A stretch of DNA of 64,000 bases, taken from Podarcis muralis (Eukaryota). The notes below the pieces were generated by a model, which was not told the origin of the DNA, ran no database searches, and worked only from the letters and a program-made list of their open reading frames with translations. A program made the translations under genes and the position numbers. Positions within the stretch are counted from its first letter, which is position 1; every line of letters starts with the position of its first letter. Shown here piece after piece: positions 59,731-64,000 of this stretch. The DNA lies in contig NC_135664.1 in assembly GCF_964188315.1 (NCBI RefSeq), positions 16,740,001 to 16,804,000 on the forward strand, read 5' to 3'.

Positions 59731-60293
59731 TGATATGACACAAAATTAGAGAGAGTACAGCCATTGCTGTTTACCTCCCGACCACCCCGGAACAACCTAA
59801 AGTCAGCTATGTCTCCTTTGGGAGACAAAAAGAGAAGGAAACTGGTTTAAAGCACCTGTAACAAGACTTACAATGCTTGAAAGTTATATCCTCTCACAGG
59901 GTGCTTTGACTTATGGAAAAAACTTCCATGTTGCGGCAGGTGTTTTATCAAGATAGGTGGGGTTTTTTTAATCTGATGCTGCTTTTATAATATGTTACAT
60001 TTGTCTGTTTTTATGATGCTGCATTTTTTGCAGAACTAATTTAATTTTTTGTTTCGTTTTATTTGTTAGCCAGCCTGAGTGGTGTGCAGGCACCAAGGGG
60101 GCAGAATGTACATTTGTAATATGCGTGCACGAATGCATGTATGTATTAACAAACAAATAAATTTATTGCGGTTCAAAATGTTTGCCCATCAGAAATCTCA
60201 AATGTTTAGCAAACGGGAGGTTGCTGTCAGAAGCATCACCTCAGTCCAGGGCAAGTTGAACCTGGTCTGTAGCGTGGCACCGGAAATGCAGTA

Positions 60294-60858
60294 CCGTATT
60301 TTTCGCTCTATAAGACACACTTTCCCTCTCCTAAAAAGTAAGGGGAAATGTGTGTGCATCTTATGGAGCGAATGCAGGCTGCACAGCTATCCCAGAAGCC
60401 TCCACAGGGAGAGGGAGCATTGCGCAGCGCTCCCTCTTGCTGTTCTGGCTTCTGGGATAGCCCGCAAAGCCTTCACGCTGCTCTTGAGGGAGGTGGGGGT
60501 AAGGGACAGAGCGCGTGGCTCTGTCCCTCCCCCCACCTCCCAGAAAAGCCCCCAAGAGCCACGCTCCCTTTAAAGAGTGTGTGGCTCTTGGCTGGCTTTT
60601 GTGGGATGTGGGGGAAGGGACAGAGGGCAGCTTAGCCAAGCGTAGCCTCTTCCGGGCAGGGGGAGCCTTCATCCCACTGCCCGGGAGAGGCTTCAGCGGC
60701 TATCCCAGAAGCCAGAACAGCTAGAGGCTATCCCAGAAGCCATATCCCTCTTGCTGGTCTGGCTTCTGGGATTCAGAATTTTTTTTCTTCTTGTTTTCCT
60801 TCTCCAAAAACTAGCTGTGTCTTATTGTCTGGTGCATCTTATAGAGCGAAACATACGG
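60294..60858 (+). mobile_element. Tc2/pogo-like element with an expanded multi-hairpin core
   Basis: Same ends as 43558; TA flanks; extra hairpins at 60488-60541 and 60544-60600. Confidence 0.9.
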
Positions 60859-63202
60859 TAATTCTTAAGCATTTGGTTGCCATAGCTTAGGCTCAATGGG
60901 AGTCATGGAGAAGATAATAAGAAAAACACCTAGAGACTGTAGACATTACAAAACAGCACTGCCAGTGTCCTGTAAGATCAGTTGCCAGAGTGAGCCTGCT
61001 CATGCCATGTTTGAAATATGGATTGTGCAACTATTCCATGTGATTTTTTGCTGGATGATTCAGGCAAGGCCCACCACTTGACTGCAGAGAAGAGGCTGTG
61101 AACGTAATTGGCAACATTCGTTGGCAGTGTCTGAATCTGCTCAGAGATATTTTATTTTGGAAGGCCTTGCTAGTGCTGTGCTGAAAATTTCTACAGCTTA
61201 AAATAAAAAAACCCAACAATTCTCCATCAATTAATAATAAAAAAAGAATTGCATTTGAAAACTATCAAAGGCACTCTTTCATACTACAAATCTCCTCTCC
61301 AATGTTCTCTACTCTGCAGTCTTTTTGGGTGCCTATGTTTCCTTAAATCACCCAAGACATAATTGGTTGGGCTTTCTTGTAAGCACTGAAAGCTGAGGAA
61401 GATGCCAAAATGTGCCTGACAGCTGTTTGGCTTTTTAAATAATAATAATAATGATGATGATGATGATTAAAAAAAAAAAAACTTTTAAAGAAATCAGCCT
61501 GGGAAGGGTTTTAAAAAAGCTAACAGGAAAGATTTCCCTAAAAACCCAAAAAATCGGCTAGTACACTGATCTCAGGTGCTCGGCAGCCAGCCTTCAAAAT
61601 TCCCCATGTTTCAATTTAAGCTCAGGAGCAGGCATCATGCGGTCACTTCTTCCATGTGGCTTTTCCAGATGAGAAAGCGCAAGGCACCCCAGGAGGTTGC
61701 GGAGTGCTGGAGAAATGTTCAATTGAAAGAAAAATGCCACCACCACCCACATCTCAGACAATGAGATAAGCTCAACCCCACACCCAGCAGAATTATAAAG
61801 AAATTCTAAAGTATCCTGAGAAAGAGGCAGCCTTTTCTTTTTTTCCCACAGTAGAAGAAAAGTTGTGAGAAATTGGTTTCAGCACAACATTAGGCCTCAC
61901 TGTACTTTTTTAAATGATTATCTGGGTGTGGCGTGATTTTGGAAGATGACTTTTAACTCTGCCGTTTTATGTTAGGTGGTGGTTATTTTACTGCTTTTAC
62001 AGATCGTGTATTTTTAATTGATTTTGAATTTTGTCAGCTGCTTTGAAAGGAGTTACCCAAGGTATGCACAGATGCATAAACAGACAGACAAATACGCCTA
62101 GCTCTGTAAGAATTTCATGCCACTCAAAAGTAGAAGACCGTTAGTATTAAACTTCTTACAATGAGTTATGGCTGGGTTTTGGAAAGCATTTTTCATACAT
62201 CTCCCCCAACCCCAGCTCCCCCTCAAAAGCCCAAGGTTATATGAAAGGCTGCAGAGTGGAGCTTTGAAGAAACCTTCTCAATGTCCATATTCAGCTGAGA
62301 AGCTTGCATTCATAATCCTAGTTTGGCCAGAGCGACACTGGCAAGGAGCAACTCGGGAATATGGGAAGAACCGGGCTGGTGGATAAAGCTGGTGGCAGAA
62401 ATGGTGCCCACATCAACAAAGCGTTCTCAAAGCAGCTCCGTGGCTTCACACCAGAGCCTTGAAACTGACATAAATTGGATGGCTTGCATGCTTCACTTTT
62501 TGTGGATCAATGAACTTATCTCTTACAAACAGAAAGCAAAAAGAGCGGTATTTGAATTAGCTGTGGCTCCTGCCAAATCGATCTGGAGTACTTAATTAGG
62601 ACCCAAACCTAGCTTTGGATGAGCTTCAAACCTCTCAGAACATGATGAAGCTACTCAAATGCAGCCTCTTTCAAGGTAATACCTTTTTGTGTTTCCTGCA
62701 CCATTATTCTGCTTTAAAAAATCAAGAGAAAACGAGTGAAATGAGCACTTAGCTGATATATAGTACCTTCTCCCCCCCCCCCCCAGATCAGTACTTCTTA
62801 ATATAAATATAATTGTATCATCCTAGCATAGAATGATGCTCCGAAGGCAAGTCTGAAATTCTTCTGAGTGGCTGTGAATAGCTATATGAACCGATGCAAG
62901 ATTTTTATTCCTGATTTTTCTGTGGAAGATTAGACCTATCTTGGATTGGCCCAATGTGCATGGTAATCTGACCCTTTGAGAGGAATTGAATTCAAAACAT
63001 TAATAAAGTTATTTTCATTTGTGTAAGTAAATATAAAAGTAGGCATCATGCACACTCATACATTGTGCTATTTGCAGTACATTGCTGAAAATTTATAAAC
63101 TGCCTTAAAAGCAAGGATATTTATATTCTATAATTAAAAAGGGGGGTGGTGATTCCATGACATGTAAAGCAAGTTATACACATATAAGCAAAATTAAGTA
63201 TA

Positions 63203-63428
63203 CAGTGGTACCTCGGGTTATAGACGCTTCAGGTTACAGACTGCGCTAACCCAGAAATAGTACCTCGGGTTAAGAACTTTGCTTCAGGATAAGAACAGAA
63301 ATCGTGCTTCGGCAGCATGGTGGCAGCAGGAAGCCCCATTAGCTAAAGTGGTACCTCAGGTTAAGAACAGTTTCAGGTTAAGAACGGACCTCCAGAACGA
63401 ATTAAGTTCGTAACCTGAGGTACCACTG
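63203..63428. mobile_element. Tigger-like MITE
   Basis: TIRs cagtggtacctcgggtta / taacctgaggtaccactg; TA on the left, TG on the right. Confidence 0.9.
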
Positions 63429-64000
63429 TGTCTGCTTACTGTGCCTAAAGTTCTGTTCCCGCTTGTTATGGGGACGGGTTAGCAGAGCAACAGCAATTTC
63501 TACACTCCCCAGTTTATGTCTGCTATTTCACCAGGCATGCTCATATACTTGCAAGTCTATCCCCACAGACCAAAAGCACTAAAAGGTTTTAAAAGTCAGC
63601 ACAGAACATCCTGGTATAGGATGTTGAGCTCTGAAGCCAACGCAAATTATGCTCTCAGCCCCCATTAAACATTATGGATTATATGCTGGATAAATAAGAT
63701 GAATAACTGTGACACCACACAGCAACCAAATTCCTAGGCAGGTAAGTGAAGAAACTTGTTTCGCATTACTAAATGAGGAACATGAGTCATAACTGCATTT
63801 ATTAGGATGGATGAATTGGAAAAAAACACAAACACAAACACAAATATTATTTTGGTGTATAAGCAATTAGCAATTAGCAGTTTACTTTTCCTCAAGCTGT
63901 TAAATGCTGACACCATGCAAGTTGACAACTGCGTGAGGGTCCTAATGAACAAGAGAAAGCTGGAACATTTCCCTAGACAGGAAGCGCCTTGCATGAAGAA

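Overview
Eukaryotic genomic DNA from a squamate reptile, most likely a lacertid lizard (inferred from the Sauria/Squam1, Squam3-like, Bov-B, L2 and CR1 repeat repertoire). The whole window appears to lie inside one minus-strand gene, plexin-B2 (PLXNB2). Nine coding exons (33009 down to 6087) have canonical AG/GT sites and compatible phases and join into 2106 nt (702 aa): signal peptide, Sema domain, and PSI repeats with their linkers. The ORF track shows the first of these exons with a false intronic start; most of the others are missing from it or appear only as parts of spurious ORFs. Everything above 33022 is 5'-UTR intron, with one candidate 59-nt UTR exon (45697-45755). I found no promoter or CpG island and no further exon below 6087. 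The introns hold 12 Sauria SINEs, Squam2/3-like SINEs, L2/CR1/Bov-B/Penelope-like fragments, many hAT and Tigger-like MITEs, six Tc2/pogo-like elements, microsatellites and a 191-N gap. There is no prokaryote-type system, CRISPR array or viral ORF. The most unusual observations are: (1) Tc2-like elements with shared ends but interchangeable cores, two of them A-B-A-B-C arrays of GC-rich hairpins whose arms differ between copies yet stay paired; (2) a 309-bp fold-back element; (3) a symmetric (TC)18-loop-(GA)18 hairpin 18 nt from a splice donor; (4) a decayed partial copy of a coding exon; (5) a candidate UTR exon with an in-frame upstream ATG. Family names and human comparisons are from memory, not database searches.
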